64,000 bases of DNA from an uncultured virus (IMG/VR IMGVR_UViG_3300037497_000123) (IMGVR_UViG_3300037497_000123), one strand, 5' to 3'. Positions 27,890-38,338 are shown, counted from the stretch's first letter. Translations and numbers: made by a program. Notes: generated by a model from the sequence alone, not told the origin.

Positions 27890-28998
27890 GACGTCGCGCA
27901 CAGCGTGTTCTACGAGATCCGATTGTGTATGAAGTTGGGAAAGATATTAGCCAAGCAACTTTCGATCATCTCGGGGTTGCGGTGGCCGATTGGTTTCGGT
28001 CGTGGCGACCTGACCATAAGGAGCCGGCTGCTGATGCCCGGTTGCGCATCAAGTGTTGTCTTGAAGGTAAGACGCTGAATGGAGCATCGTGGTACAGTCA
28101 TTGGAATTCCAGTTTTGCTACTCGAATGCGTATGTTGGCGCGCTTCGATGTAGACAAAATGCAAGGAATTACCACAGGGGATCCTGTTAAGAAGGCGTCC
28201 AAGCAGAAGGCGAAAGCGAAGGAGATGCGGGAGCGTACAGAAAAGGCGGGTACGCGCGATAAGTACATTCCCGACATCACTCGCAAAGAGTTAGACGGCC
28301 GAATCCACTATGGGGATAAGGCCATGCCTATCACCGAAGCGGAACAGAAGCTCTGGCGAGAATATCGGGATGCTTATCTCGCAGAGTTTCCCGAACTACG
28401 AACAGTCAATGCGCGCGGCGAACTGTCGTCGCTCTGTGACCTGCAGATTGTACACGAGCGGAACCGTCTCAAGTTGCTGAATGGGGATCGCATCGAAGCC
28501 CAGGAGATGCTCGAGACAACGAAGCTCATTACGGAGTTGAAAAAGGCACTCAACATCCATCCAGAACAGGTAGCAAAGCGGGTCAAGGCAGAGGAAGGGG
28601 GTTCGATTGCAGAAGCGGCGGCTCGATTTGAGGCTTTGCCAAAAGAGGTGCGGGATCGGTTTCTGGCAGAAGAGCTGCTGATTTTGTATCAGCAATACAT
28701 GCAACCATCCCCTCGCGAAGATTCTGGAGGTTATCAACTTGACGAGGTAGGGTTGTTCGGAGCCACCCGGTGTCGTACGTGTCATTGCTCTAAGTGCGGG
28801 CAGCGAAACTACGCGGGGTTCTCGATTGATGAGGTGGAGACGCATCTCGTGGCCCGTGGCTGGCTTGTCCCAGAAAATCCCGTGGACACTCACATTGCAG
28901 CAGCGGTAGTGCCTGCACCGGATGTGTCTGGGACTCCTGCACCGGATGTGTCTGGGACTCCTGCACCGGAGTTGCCGGAAGCTGGGGACTCTCAGTGA
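27886..28998 (+). CDS. hypothetical protein, terminase small subunit candidate
   Basis: Upstream of TerL; helical core; C-terminal Cys cluster. Confidence 0.45.
   Translation: MRRRAQRVLRDPIVYEVGKDISQATFDHLGVAVADWFRSWRPDHKEPAADARLRIKCCLEGKTLNGASWYSHWNSSFATRMRMLARFDVDKMQGITTGDPVKKASKQKAKAKEMRERTEKAGTRDKYIPDITRKELDGRIHYGDKAMPITEAEQKLWREYRDAYLAEFPELRTVNARGELSSLCDLQIVHERNRLKLLNGDRIEAQEMLETTKLITELKKALNIHPEQVAKRVKAEEGGSIAEAAARFEALPKEVRDRFLAEELLILYQQYMQPSPREDSGGYQLDEVGLFGATRCRTCHCSKCGQRNYAGFSIDEVETHLVARGWLVPENPVDTHIAAAVVPAPDVSGTPAPDVSGTPAPELPEAGDSQ
28912..28970 (+). repeat. 24-bp tandem repeat (PAPDVSGT)
   Basis: CCTGCACCGGATGTGTCTGGGACT x2 plus partial copy. Confidence 0.9.
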
Positions 28999-29600
28999 TA
29001 GAGGGGCAGTTGCACAAACTTGTCGCGAAATATGCGGCGGATTTGAATAAGGCAATTGAGGGTCGCGTGGAGGAGATGCGCAGTGATGATGTCTCCCACT
29101 TCCTAGTCTATCGTGGACTTGGAATTGCAGAGGAAGAAGGGCGACTCATTGATGTATACCAGAACAAGGGTCGATTCTTGTACAAGTATGCGGGGTCTTT
29201 CATGGAAGAAGCCGTCAAGTTGTGTTTCAGTTTTGCTTTTCCAGAGTCCCGGTCGCTTCGAATCCCGCATGGAATTTCTACATTTGAGATTGATTGTCTT
29301 GTAGGGCAAGAGGCGCTTGAAATCAAGTGGCGAGATGCCTCGACGGATGGGGACCACACTAACAAGGAACGGACGCGGTTGCGAGCCATTGTGGCAGCCG
29401 GGTATAAACCTATTCGGGTGATGTTTTACTACCCTAATCGAGAGCAGGCAAAACGAATTCAGAAAAACTTAGAAAGGGTCTATATAGAACTGGGCGGTGA
29501 GTACTACGTGGGGGAGCGGGCGTGGGATTATGTGCAAGCGCGCACAGGAGTTCCTCTGAAGCAGATTCTTCAAGAAGCTGCGACACGGCGACTTTCCTAA
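28995..29600 (+). CDS. ApaLI-family restriction endonuclease-like protein
   Basis: IDVYQNKGRFLYKYAGSF.EEA, FEIDCL, EIKWRDA.TDGDH, PIRVMFYYPNR.QA. Confidence 0.85.
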   Translation: MIEGQLHKLVAKYAADLNKAIEGRVEEMRSDDVSHFLVYRGLGIAEEEGRLIDVYQNKGRFLYKYAGSFMEEAVKLCFSFAFPESRSLRIPHGISTFEIDCLVGQEALEIKWRDASTDGDHTNKERTRLRAIVAAGYKPIRVMFYYPNREQAKRIQKNLERVYIELGGEYYVGERAWDYVQARTGVPLKQILQEAATRRLS

Positions 29601-31759
29601 TGCTGGCTCTTCAACTATGGCGCCGGTCGTTAGCCGAAATACTCGCTGGGGGTGTCCTAGACGCAGAAACTGCCTTGGTGGCCGACATCGTGGTTCGTCC
29701 TATTGTGCGAATGAGGCATCAACCCTCCATGGCCCTCATTGCGGCTTCAGGAATTGTGGTACCCCCACACGAACGGTTGATGATTTCGACGGTGTTCATG
29801 GGAGCGCCCGAGAACATTAATGTGAGTTCCCGTGGTACCAGTAAAACCACAGCAGTGTGTATTCTTGCGGTTGGGGCCATAGGGCTGTTGTTTAGTAAGA
29901 AGAAAATCCTAGCGCTTTCGGCTACAGGCTTTCGTGGGGGCCAAGCCATTCTCAATGATATGGAGCAATGGGCATCCGGTGGTCGTTGGGATTCCCAAGA
30001 GAATGTGGAATTCGTAGCACGTTCTATGCAACGGGGAATGGCTAGCAAAGCCTTGGTGCATCGTGCTCAGAACTATTGGCAAGCGACGTTCAAATCGAAC
30101 ATCACTGTGCGTACGTTGCCCACAAATAACGCAGAAAGGATTCGTGGAGAGCGGGCACAGATTGTGTTGGATGATGAGGCAAACACGACCGAACAGGCTT
30201 TGATTTCGGAGGTTGTGCGGCCCTTCTTGGCGGTGAAAGGTGGGTTTGATACAGGGGGAGCGGATGCCCAAGGTAACCAAATCTTTTTCACCTCCACGAT
30301 TGACCATGCTTGGCGACCGTTTCAGGACACGGTGCGAGCGGCTCGAGACGGCATTCGACGGGATTTTGAAGCGCTGAAGGCGGGGCAAGCGGGGAATCAT
30401 GAACTACAAGCGACGTTAACTCAACGAGGGTTACTCAATTACACCCACACCTCGTTTGACTACACTGACCTGATCCTTCGGGAACGGGTGTGTACACGAT
30501 CTGGGAGAGTCTTTCGCGTGGTGTACCCGAATGCGAATGAACTCACGGGGCGGCCTCGTCTTGAGTTTGCGGAGTTTCCTCGTGGAATTCCCTTTACGGA
30601 GCGGGATCCTGCTAGCGGTCGTATGCGATTGGAGGGAACGCCTGTACGAGCGCTCACAACGTATCCGAGCGACTTAGCCTCTATTGAACGCCCGTTGTTT
30701 GACGGTACGACCGATGAAGCGTCGTGGTTAGCGGAGAACCGCAATGTGGTGGATACGGCTGGCGGGGATGTGTACCCCCATGGGCTCATGGACAAAGTGT
30801 CCTCGGTGGGTTTGAACGCTATTGTGCAGTGGGGAGATTGTGGTACACGCTGGAAGGATACCTATCCTGAAGATCGGGGATACTTCGCTCCGGTTATGTG
30901 GGAATGTGATGATCCCTGTGTGCTCGGAGTTGACGTCGCCAGTGGGGTGAGGGACTTCGCTGCATTTTGTGTAATTCGTTTTGGACCCGGAGCGGCCGGT
31001 CCCTTCAACCCGATGGGAACGAAATCGTTGGGGCACACCCCGTGGTCGAATGTAGTGTGGCAGGAGCAGCATCGGTTGCTCAGTTACCGGGATATTGCGG
31101 AAAAGATTCGGCATCTCCGGCAACGCTACAACTTGGTGTTCCATAATGAACCGTGGAAAGACGATTGGGAATGGTGTCGGGCGATCGGCCTGGACTCGGG
31201 TGGCGGTGGCCAAGCAGTTCGAGATGCCTTGTTGAATCTCGATAGCACGGAATTAGGGGTCATTCTCTACGATCCGCGCGATGACGAACACAAAATTGAA
31301 AGTGTCAAGAAGGACCCGCGAGCTCTTCCGATGTTGGACATCATCAAGGTGAGTGATAGTGTCAATGATCGGTTGGTGGAATTCACGCTCGGACAAATGA
31401 AAGTGGGGCATCTGTTTCTCCCCAAGTGGTTGGAGGAGTCTCAGCGACCGGATCGGGATGCGCGCTTTCATGTGGGGTATCTCGGGGTGCGCGCGTTAGA
31501 CCACCAACTGCGCAAACTACAGCAAGAACCCACGGCACGGGCTCGACGGTTTTTTGTTCCCGGCGATACGAATGATGCGAAAAACAAGAAGGACTCGTGG
31601 GCCAGCTTCATTTACGCCGCCAAACAACTTCAAGCCCATCTTTATCGCTATAAACTCATCGGAAGTACCCCACCGCCCGCAGGCGCGGTGGTTGTTCGAA
31701 CCAACAGTAAACAAGGACTAGGAGGACGCTATGGCCGAGGACCAGGTGGGACGCTCTAA
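29600..31759 (+). CDS. terminase large subunit
   Basis: SRGTSKT (Walker A), IRG.RA.....DEA (Walker B), FTST, LGVDVA nuclease motif, KD. Confidence 0.85.
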   Translation: MLALQLWRRSLAEILAGGVLDAETALVADIVVRPIVRMRHQPSMALIAASGIVVPPHERLMISTVFMGAPENINVSSRGTSKTTAVCILAVGAIGLLFSKKKILALSATGFRGGQAILNDMEQWASGGRWDSQENVEFVARSMQRGMASKALVHRAQNYWQATFKSNITVRTLPTNNAERIRGERAQIVLDDEANTTEQALISEVVRPFLAVKGGFDTGGADAQGNQIFFTSTIDHAWRPFQDTVRAARDGIRRDFEALKAGQAGNHELQATLTQRGLLNYTHTSFDYTDLILRERVCTRSGRVFRVVYPNANELTGRPRLEFAEFPRGIPFTERDPASGRMRLEGTPVRALTTYPSDLASIERPLFDGTTDEASWLAENRNVVDTAGGDVYPHGLMDKVSSVGLNAIVQWGDCGTRWKDTYPEDRGYFAPVMWECDDPCVLGVDVASGVRDFAAFCVIRFGPGAAGPFNPMGTKSLGHTPWSNVVWQEQHRLLSYRDIAEKIRHLRQRYNLVFHNEPWKDDWEWCRAIGLDSGGGGQAVRDALLNLDSTELGVILYDPRDDEHKIESVKKDPRALPMLDIIKVSDSVNDRLVEFTLGQMKVGHLFLPKWLEESQRPDRDARFHVGYLGVRALDHQLRKLQQEPTARARRFFVPGDTNDAKNKKDSWASFIYAAKQLQAHLYRYKLIGSTPPPAGAVVVRTNSKQGLGGRYGRGPGGTL

Positions 31760-31973
31760 GGAGCTGACCGTGGGGCAGAAGGAACAACTCGCGGAGATTG
31801 AGAAAGAGTACGCTCGACGTGTACTAGCGCAAGACCCCGCTGGGGCTTTGGACCTCATGGTTGCGGCGGTCGGAAAGCGTAATGTGCGGCTTGCGGCGGC
31901 TCATCTTGAGAAGTTGCGGGTTGCGCGCATTCGTTCTGCAGCGGGAGCGAAAGGCTTCCGCGTGGGGGTATAG
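31731..31973 (+). CDS. hypothetical protein
   Basis: AGGAGG + ATG. Confidence 0.55.
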   Translation: MAEDQVGRSKELTVGQKEQLAEIEKEYARRVLAQDPAGALDLMVAAVGKRNVRLAAAHLEKLRVARIRSAAGAKGFRVGV

Positions 31974-31974
31974 A

Positions 31975-33822
31975 ATGGCGAAGCGTGTAGCGAAGCGTGT
32001 AGCCATGGGGGCGGGGTTGGTAAAGCGGCCGGCACGCCAGGGGCGTCCGACTCAAGTCCAAGTGCGGGACAATCCCGAAGCTGTGATTGAACGATTGATG
32101 GGAAATCGCCGACCGACTTTGGAAGATCTTATTCCAGGGGCGGGGAATGCGGCATTGCGGCGCCATGTCGTTGAAACGGGGAAGTGGAAGGCCCCGAATG
32201 GCCGGGATATGCTTGTGGTAACGCGGCCTCGCGGTGGAAAGGATGAAGTACTCCTAGTCCAGAGCGCCGCCTCCAACATAAAACGGGCGGACATTGTTCC
32301 TCGAAACCCAGGAACGACGTCGGATCTTATAGCCACGTTCGATGACTTCCAAGCGCTGCAATCGATTGACAAAACGTCGGAAGTGGCACAGATGTGGGCC
32401 ATTTACTCCAACGACGGGGTCACTAACGCGAGTGTCAATAAGATTGCGGCACTCATGGCTACCGGTGGGGAGTTCAAGGTTCGTACGGCACGCAAGGGTA
32501 AGAAGCAGAAGGTACGGGAAGAACTGCAGGCCGTCTTGGATTTTGTCAATAGCAATGTCAACAATGCTCCCTTGGATGGAGTGGTGACGGGTGCTCGGGG
32601 GCTCAAGATGGTAACGCAGCAAGCGGTCCGACAGCTCATGGTAGAAGGGGATTGGTTTGGGCGTACAGTGTGGGATAAGCACGAGGTTCCTGGGTTTGGA
32701 AGCTATTCGTTGCCTATGGAAATTCAGTCGATTTCAGCGGCGAACATGGAGCCCATTACCGAATTGGCGCCCACGGGGCGAGAGGCCTGGTATTGGCGGC
32801 CGGATCGAGCCCTCGTCAATCAACTAGACAAACCCACGGATCCCATCATTCGGGAACTGCTCAAGAAGTTTGTGGATTCCAAGACACTGACGGAGCTACG
32901 AAAGAACGGTAAGGTGTTCCTAGACCCGGCATTGTTGATGCACATCAAACACCGGGGAATCTACAATCAGCCGTACGGAACCAGCTTTATCAAGCCGGCG
33001 CTCTTTGCGATTGCCTATAAGCGAACGATTGAGCAACTCGATTTCGTTATGGTCAACTCCCTCATCAATCGGGTGACGATTGTGAAGGTGGGGAGCAGCG
33101 ATCCCAAGTCGCCCTATGCGGATCCGGCGGTTGCTCAGCAGCGGCAGGCGTTGATGCAGTCGTTCTTTGAAGACCCCGGTCCGACCATGACCATCATCTG
33201 GCAGGGAGATGATGTAGACGTGAAGGACGTTGGAGCACACAATACCGTGCTTGATCTCAACAGTCGGCATGAGATTGGGGAGCGCATGAAGAAGACGGCC
33301 TATGGAATGCCGGATGCTCTTCTTACGGGATCAGCTCCTGACGGGAAGTCCAGTGCTTTCGCGGCGTTGTTGTCTGCCGGATCGACTCTCGAGGAAACTC
33401 AGAGTTCGTGTGAGCAAGTCTATACCACCATGGGGCAGCGGGTTGCTGACGAAAATGGGTTTGTGGACGTCGAAATCATCTATGAGTTTGGCAACGGGAT
33501 CATGCTGGATCGGGATGCGGAGCGGAACCTTGCCCGGCAGGACTATGTCACGGGTGGTATGACTATCCGTAGTTTCATTGTGTCGCGGGGACAAGATCCT
33601 GATGCAGAATTTCGGCAAGCCTGCTTTGAAAAGGGTCTCGAGCCTGGGACCACGTTGTGGAAGGATGCTTTTACCCCACCTACAGGGCTTCCCGGACAGG
33701 GAAATGGCGGCCCACCGGGGGAGGAGAACAATCCAGGAGGGGGCGGTCGGCCACCTGGGAATCCGAAAGGAAACCCGCCGGCGGCGCCAAAAGAAACGAA
33801 GGCTCTCGATCCCAACAAATAG
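31975..33822 (+). CDS. portal protein
   Basis: Follows TerL; G..F, HIK.......YG.S.I..A, AYGMP..LL; Pro/Gly-rich GGRP tail. Confidence 0.8.
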   Translation: MAKRVAKRVAMGAGLVKRPARQGRPTQVQVRDNPEAVIERLMGNRRPTLEDLIPGAGNAALRRHVVETGKWKAPNGRDMLVVTRPRGGKDEVLLVQSAASNIKRADIVPRNPGTTSDLIATFDDFQALQSIDKTSEVAQMWAIYSNDGVTNASVNKIAALMATGGEFKVRTARKGKKQKVREELQAVLDFVNSNVNNAPLDGVVTGARGLKMVTQQAVRQLMVEGDWFGRTVWDKHEVPGFGSYSLPMEIQSISAANMEPITELAPTGREAWYWRPDRALVNQLDKPTDPIIRELLKKFVDSKTLTELRKNGKVFLDPALLMHIKHRGIYNQPYGTSFIKPALFAIAYKRTIEQLDFVMVNSLINRVTIVKVGSSDPKSPYADPAVAQQRQALMQSFFEDPGPTMTIIWQGDDVDVKDVGAHNTVLDLNSRHEIGERMKKTAYGMPDALLTGSAPDGKSSAFAALLSAGSTLEETQSSCEQVYTTMGQRVADENGFVDVEIIYEFGNGIMLDRDAERNLARQDYVTGGMTIRSFIVSRGQDPDAEFRQACFEKGLEPGTTLWKDAFTPPTGLPGQGNGGPPGEENNPGGGGRPPGNPKGNPPAAPKETKALDPNK

Positions 33823-33850
33823 TGATAAACCGACCCCTTCGAGCGTCTCT
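33822..33850 (+). promoter_or_regulatory. class 1 promoter-like motif
   Basis: GTGATAA-N15-CGTCTCT. Confidence 0.75.
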
Positions 33851-33867
33851 TCTCAAGGAGGCGGCCC

Positions 33868-34140
33868 GTGCTATTTGGTGACGCCTCGGTTATTACGGAG
33901 CGCTTGGACCACATTGAGGCCACGATGGCGGACATGGCGAAGGCCATGATTTTCATGTCCGAGGTGGTTGGAACGCTTGCCTCTGAGGTCCGTCTCCGGA
34001 ATGCCCAGCATGACAGCTTGGATAAGCGCATGGAGTTGATGCAGCTGTGTCTCGAACGCTTGGTGAATGACCTAGACCTACGATCTGGGGAATCTCCAGT
34101 GCCCCAGGTACGGATGCCCATGCCCAATGAAACTATGTAG
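33868..34140 (+). CDS. hypothetical coiled-coil protein
   Basis: AAGGAGG + GTG. Confidence 0.6.
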   Translation: MLFGDASVITERLDHIEATMADMAKAMIFMSEVVGTLASEVRLRNAQHDSLDKRMELMQLCLERLVNDLDLRSGESPVPQVRMPMPNETM

Positions 34141-34148
34141 GAGGGTAT

Positions 34149-35396
34149 TTGGGACTGACGTATGGGGAATTGTTTGCGGGGGCGGGCGGGCTTTCATTGG
34201 GATTGCATCGAACCGGATTTGAATGCCGGTTCCATGCAGAAATTGACTCGTTTGCGCGTCGGATTCTTGAAACGCGGTTTCCCGGAGTTCCCCTTTACGG
34301 GGATGTGGTGGAACTGGATGGGGCGCAACTTGTAGCTGAATGTGGCAAGATTGATCTCCTCAGTGGGGGAAGCCCGTGCCAAGATTTGAGTCAAGCCGGT
34401 CGTCGGGCCGGTATCCTTGAGGGAGAGCGCTCTAATCTCTTTTTCCAGCAGATTCGACTGTGGCAAGAGACGGGCGCTCCTTTTCTTTTATGGGAGAACG
34501 TGCATGGCGCCCTCTCGAGTCAAGGTGGGGAAGATTTCCGCTACGTCCTGTCTGCCATTGTTGGGGCCGACGTTGGTCGAGCAGTTGACAAACGCGGAAA
34601 AGTCAAGCGATGGGCCAAGTCAGGTGTGGTTCTCGGACCAAAAGGAAGGGCCGCGTGGCGGGTCATGGATGCGCAGCACTGGGGACCTCCACAGCACCGG
34701 CGCCGTGTCTTTATACTCGCTGCTCGTCCCGGAAACCCAAGTCCCGCAGAAATACTTTTTGAGTGTGAAGGCGTGTCTGGGGGTGCTGCGGCGAGCCCAA
34801 CGGCGAAAGAAAATATTGCCGGTGGCGCTCGAAGCGTCATTGCGCAAGCGGGCGGGGCTGGGGCCGACCGACCCGATTCCAGCGAAGGTCACTCCCGCAT
34901 AGGTGCGGTGATATTCGATTCGAAGCAGTCGGGGGAATCTCACGAAAACGTAGCGCCGACGTTACGGGCTATGAATTTCGACAAATCCCATCTCAATGGT
35001 GGGGGGCAGTTGGCGGTGGTGACGCACGACAAACCCGATCCAGTTGAAACGCGAGTAGCGCGACTAGTGGCATTTGGGGCCTACGTGGAAGATGGAACCG
35101 CGAGCGCCCTCAAAGCGCGGGATTACAAAGATCACACGGATCTCATCTATGTGTACCACAACGGCCGGTATGGGGCGCCCCGGCGTTTGATGCCGATAGA
35201 GTGTGAACGGCTGATGGACTGGCAAGCGGTGAACGAAAGGGGTTGGACGGAAATAGACGATGGAAATGGTAAGGTGGCGGCCGATTCCCATCGCTACCGA
35301 GCGTGTGGGAATGGGGTTGTTTCCGCATGTGTGGAGTGGATCGGACTGCGGTTGCGAGATGCTCTTATGCATCATCGGGTGGGACTATCACGGTAG
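34149..35396 (+). CDS. DNA (cytosine-5) methyltransferase
   Basis: FAGAGG, GSPCQD, ENV, Q.R.R, RRL...ECERL, GNGV. Confidence 0.95.
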   Translation: MGLTYGELFAGAGGLSLGLHRTGFECRFHAEIDSFARRILETRFPGVPLYGDVVELDGAQLVAECGKIDLLSGGSPCQDLSQAGRRAGILEGERSNLFFQQIRLWQETGAPFLLWENVHGALSSQGGEDFRYVLSAIVGADVGRAVDKRGKVKRWAKSGVVLGPKGRAAWRVMDAQHWGPPQHRRRVFILAARPGNPSPAEILFECEGVSGGAAASPTAKENIAGGARSVIAQAGGAGADRPDSSEGHSRIGAVIFDSKQSGESHENVAPTLRAMNFDKSHLNGGGQLAVVTHDKPDPVETRVARLVAFGAYVEDGTASALKARDYKDHTDLIYVYHNGRYGAPRRLMPIECERLMDWQAVNERGWTEIDDGNGKVAADSHRYRACGNGVVSACVEWIGLRLRDALMHHRVGLSR

Positions 35397-35475
35397 CACC
35401 ATCCATTTTGCGGTATCCAACTACAAGTGGTGTTCCTGGCTGGCACGGCTATCTCGAACGGGGTGTGTGGAGGGT

Positions 35476-36369
35476 GTGTTGAACTACGTGCATTATGTGG
35501 CAGGGGGCGGTCTTGGGGATGTCGCACGGGAGCTGCTCTATCATGGAGCACTTGGGATTTTGAAACGGTGGAAATTGCGGAACCCTCAAGCTCATTTGAG
35601 GGTGTGCACGATGAGCCACAATCCGGCGCACGTGGATTTCTTTACCGGCCAAACGTGGATTGACGAGTTGGTGCCCTGTCGATTCCCGCTCGAGTTGGGG
35701 TGGAAGCCTGAGATGTTTTATGAATGGCACCCCGAGCAGTTGAAAGATCGTACGGAGTTGCGGTTTGTTCTCAATGAGCGCAAATCCCTTTATCGGGTAG
35801 ATCTCCAGCAGCAGCGTCTCAAACCAGTGCCAGTTATAAACCTTCCCCCAGTGGGAATGGCGGCCGACATCGAATTGACGGCTCACGAACGGCAACAAGC
35901 AGATCACTGGGCAGGAAGTCTTGTGGTTCATCCGTTCGGGGGAGAACGTCACAAATGGTTTCCAACAGCGTTGTTGCAAGATATTGTAGCAGCTGCTGGA
36001 GACCGAGCCCTTGTGGTGGCGGCAGACTATGAACGGGACGGACATTCCGACGAGCTAGCAGCAGCTGCTGCTGCTGGAATTCGTGCCCGTACGTTTGCTC
36101 CTCGAGTACTCCTCGAAATCCTTCGGCGATCCCGTGCGGTTGTAGGTGCTGAATCCAGCGTGTACTACATGAGTGCGATGGCTGGCCGACCAGTGGCCAT
36201 GCTCTGGCCGAAGTCGGGAACGTATGACCTGGTGCAACAAGGGGTTTCCAACTGGGCATGGTATTTGGGAGAAGGAGAATCCCAAAATCTCTTCATGCCC
36301 CTGCCTCCGTTGATGACCGAAGAGCATCGGCATGTATTGTTGGATTGGGTGAAATCGAGGGTTTCCTAA
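35476..36369 (+). CDS. GT9-like glycosyltransferase
   Basis: GGLGDV, VVHPFG....KW, VVG.ESS..YM..M.GRP. Confidence 0.7.
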   Translation: MLNYVHYVAGGGLGDVARELLYHGALGILKRWKLRNPQAHLRVCTMSHNPAHVDFFTGQTWIDELVPCRFPLELGWKPEMFYEWHPEQLKDRTELRFVLNERKSLYRVDLQQQRLKPVPVINLPPVGMAADIELTAHERQQADHWAGSLVVHPFGGERHKWFPTALLQDIVAAAGDRALVVAADYERDGHSDELAAAAAAGIRARTFAPRVLLEILRRSRAVVGAESSVYYMSAMAGRPVAMLWPKSGTYDLVQQGVSNWAWYLGEGESQNLFMPLPPLMTEEHRHVLLDWVKSRVS

Positions 36370-36379
36370 AAGGGGAGTA

Positions 36380-37120
36380 ATGGCGAGAATTCCCATTGTA
36401 TGTCCGTGTGGTAATGTGCCGGACGATGTGAAGGTGAGTGAAAAAGAAGGCTACGAGGTTGTTCGTTGTGGGTGGTGTGGGATCATGCGCACCACGGAAC
36501 GCGAGGACAACTACGAGACCTTGTACACCGAGGGCACTCGATATCATGTCGAGGAAATGGACAAGATCGGTCGTGATCACTACGGAGATCGATTTGACCA
36601 TGACTTTGATATCGCGTGGGACAAACGTATTCCTGCGCTTCTCGGTCAGTACCGGATCATTGACGTGGGATGTGCCAACGGGGCCTTTGTGTCAGCCATG
36701 CAGCAAAATGGGTTTCAGGCGGAAGGGATTGAGCTGAATCCCACGATGGCTGAAACGGCGCGTGCAGTAACCGGATGCCCGATTCACGAATCTTGGGCGC
36801 TTGTTTCTGGGCAGTTCGATATCGTGACTTACCACGACGTTTTTGAACATGTCGTGAATCCCCGGCAGGAATTGCAACTCATTCGGAAATATCTTCGACC
36901 CAATGGGTTGTTGGTGCTTGACTGTCCCGATGCGGCGGAAATCTTCGGAGCAACCGCGCGAGCCAGTCACCATGAAAAACCCCAGCAGCATTTGTTTTAC
37001 TACACTATCGACACATTGTCCGCACTTCTCATTTCGGAGGGCTTCTATATTGGGGCGGTGGAACGCCCCATTGTAGGGAAGATCGTGTTGTATGCTCGGA
37101 AGGAAAATGGAACCACTTAA
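36380..37120 (+). CDS. SAM-dependent methyltransferase with N-terminal zinc site
   Basis: CPCG/CGWC, IDVGCANG, DVFEHV.NP, LRPNG. Confidence 0.9.
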   Translation: MARIPIVCPCGNVPDDVKVSEKEGYEVVRCGWCGIMRTTEREDNYETLYTEGTRYHVEEMDKIGRDHYGDRFDHDFDIAWDKRIPALLGQYRIIDVGCANGAFVSAMQQNGFQAEGIELNPTMAETARAVTGCPIHESWALVSGQFDIVTYHDVFEHVVNPRQELQLIRKYLRPNGLLVLDCPDAAEIFGATARASHHEKPQQHLFYYTIDTLSALLISEGFYIGAVERPIVGKIVLYARKENGTT

Positions 37121-38054
37121 AGTAGCGCTTCCATTGGGGATCGGAGATGTCTTCTGGTCTACTACAAAGTTTCGGGCGTTGTCCGCGATGTTTGACGGAC
37201 GTCCTATCCACGCCTATATCAACGAAAGTCCTAATCATCAAACCGTCAACTTCCTGAAGTTGGTGCCCTCGGTGACGGAGGCGGTGTTGTCGAAGCGAGC
37301 ACCGTTCGATGTGTGGAAGGAGTTGCCGCCAAATCATCGGTTTCCTCGCTGGTCCTCTCTTGCCGGTTGTGCCAATTGGCGGGAATTCGACTTCGTTCTC
37401 GTGGCCAATGGGCACCTCGAGCGAGGCTTGCGCCTAGAGACCTGGCTTCCGGAACTTGGAGTGGACGCGACCGAGTGGGAATATCCGCTGAACATTCTCC
37501 CAGACGATGTAGCACACGCGGATCGGTTGACGGGTGGAGTGCCCCGCGCCTTGCTTTACATGTCAGGCATCGGCCCCAACGCGGGATTCCACAACCATCG
37601 CTGGACGGCGAAGGATTGGGTGAACGTGGCAGATCTCTTAAATGCAGAGGGTATTCGCCCGCTCTTAGTAGGAGCACCCACGCCAGATGACCTTGGGTAT
37701 GAGAAGTTGTTTCACACAGCAGCGGCCGGCCGAGATATTGCAGATTCCGCAGTTGGGCAAACCACTGTGGCTCAATATTGTGCTCTCATTCGAGGCGCCC
37801 GGTCGTGGACGGGGTTGAATTCGGGTGGAGGTATTGTGAGTGGAATGTTGCGAACTCCAACGGTGATGATGTGGAGTGACGCCAAGTACCCCATTCCAGG
37901 AGTGCATCCACGGAACCTGTTGCATTCGAACATGCAGCGTTCGTGGTTGCGGCCGGAGCGAATGGGAGTGGGAGATTATTTGACGATCTCCTATGGGTCG
38001 GATGACTTGAGTCCTCGAGAAGTGGTGAAAGCGACCTTGAAGGTGATGCGATGA
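37107..38054 (+). CDS. GT9-like glycosyltransferase
   Basis: GIGDV, RW....W..VA, GQTT......LI..A....G.NSG, TPTV. Confidence 0.75.
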   Translation: MEPLKVALPLGIGDVFWSTTKFRALSAMFDGRPIHAYINESPNHQTVNFLKLVPSVTEAVLSKRAPFDVWKELPPNHRFPRWSSLAGCANWREFDFVLVANGHLERGLRLETWLPELGVDATEWEYPLNILPDDVAHADRLTGGVPRALLYMSGIGPNAGFHNHRWTAKDWVNVADLLNAEGIRPLLVGAPTPDDLGYEKLFHTAAAGRDIADSAVGQTTVAQYCALIRGARSWTGLNSGGGIVSGMLRTPTVMMWSDAKYPIPGVHPRNLLHSNMQRSWLRPERMGVGDYLTISYGSDDLSPREVVKATLKVMR

Positions 38055-38338
38055 ATACTCATATGGGTTGGCAGTGTCCGAGATGTCGCCGTTGTTATGC
38101 TCCAATGATCACAGAGTGTACTGCTTGCAGTCCCGTGTACACGGCACCGTATACGACACCAAACATAATCTTCCTTGTAATGTGCGGTCGTTGCGGTCGG
38201 GTACACCAACAGGACCAGTGGCACGAATGCTTGCCGTGGGGCGGTACCACTTGGGGTGCTACCACTACGCCAACTCCGGGTGTTACCACTACGCCAACTC
38301 CGGGTGTTACCACTACTCCAACTCCTTCCATCACGTAA
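38051..38338 (+). CDS. small Cys-rich protein with Thr/Pro tail
   Basis: GWQCPRC..YAP....C..C. Confidence 0.6.
   Translation: MNTHMGWQCPRCRRCYAPMITECTACSPVYTAPYTTPNIIFLVMCGRCGRVHQQDQWHECLPWGGTTWGATTTPTPGVTTTPTPGVTTTPTPSIT
38260..38325 (+). repeat. 24-bp tandem repeat (TTTPTPGV)
   Basis: TACCACTACGCCAACTCCGGGTGT x2 plus partial copy. Confidence 0.9.
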
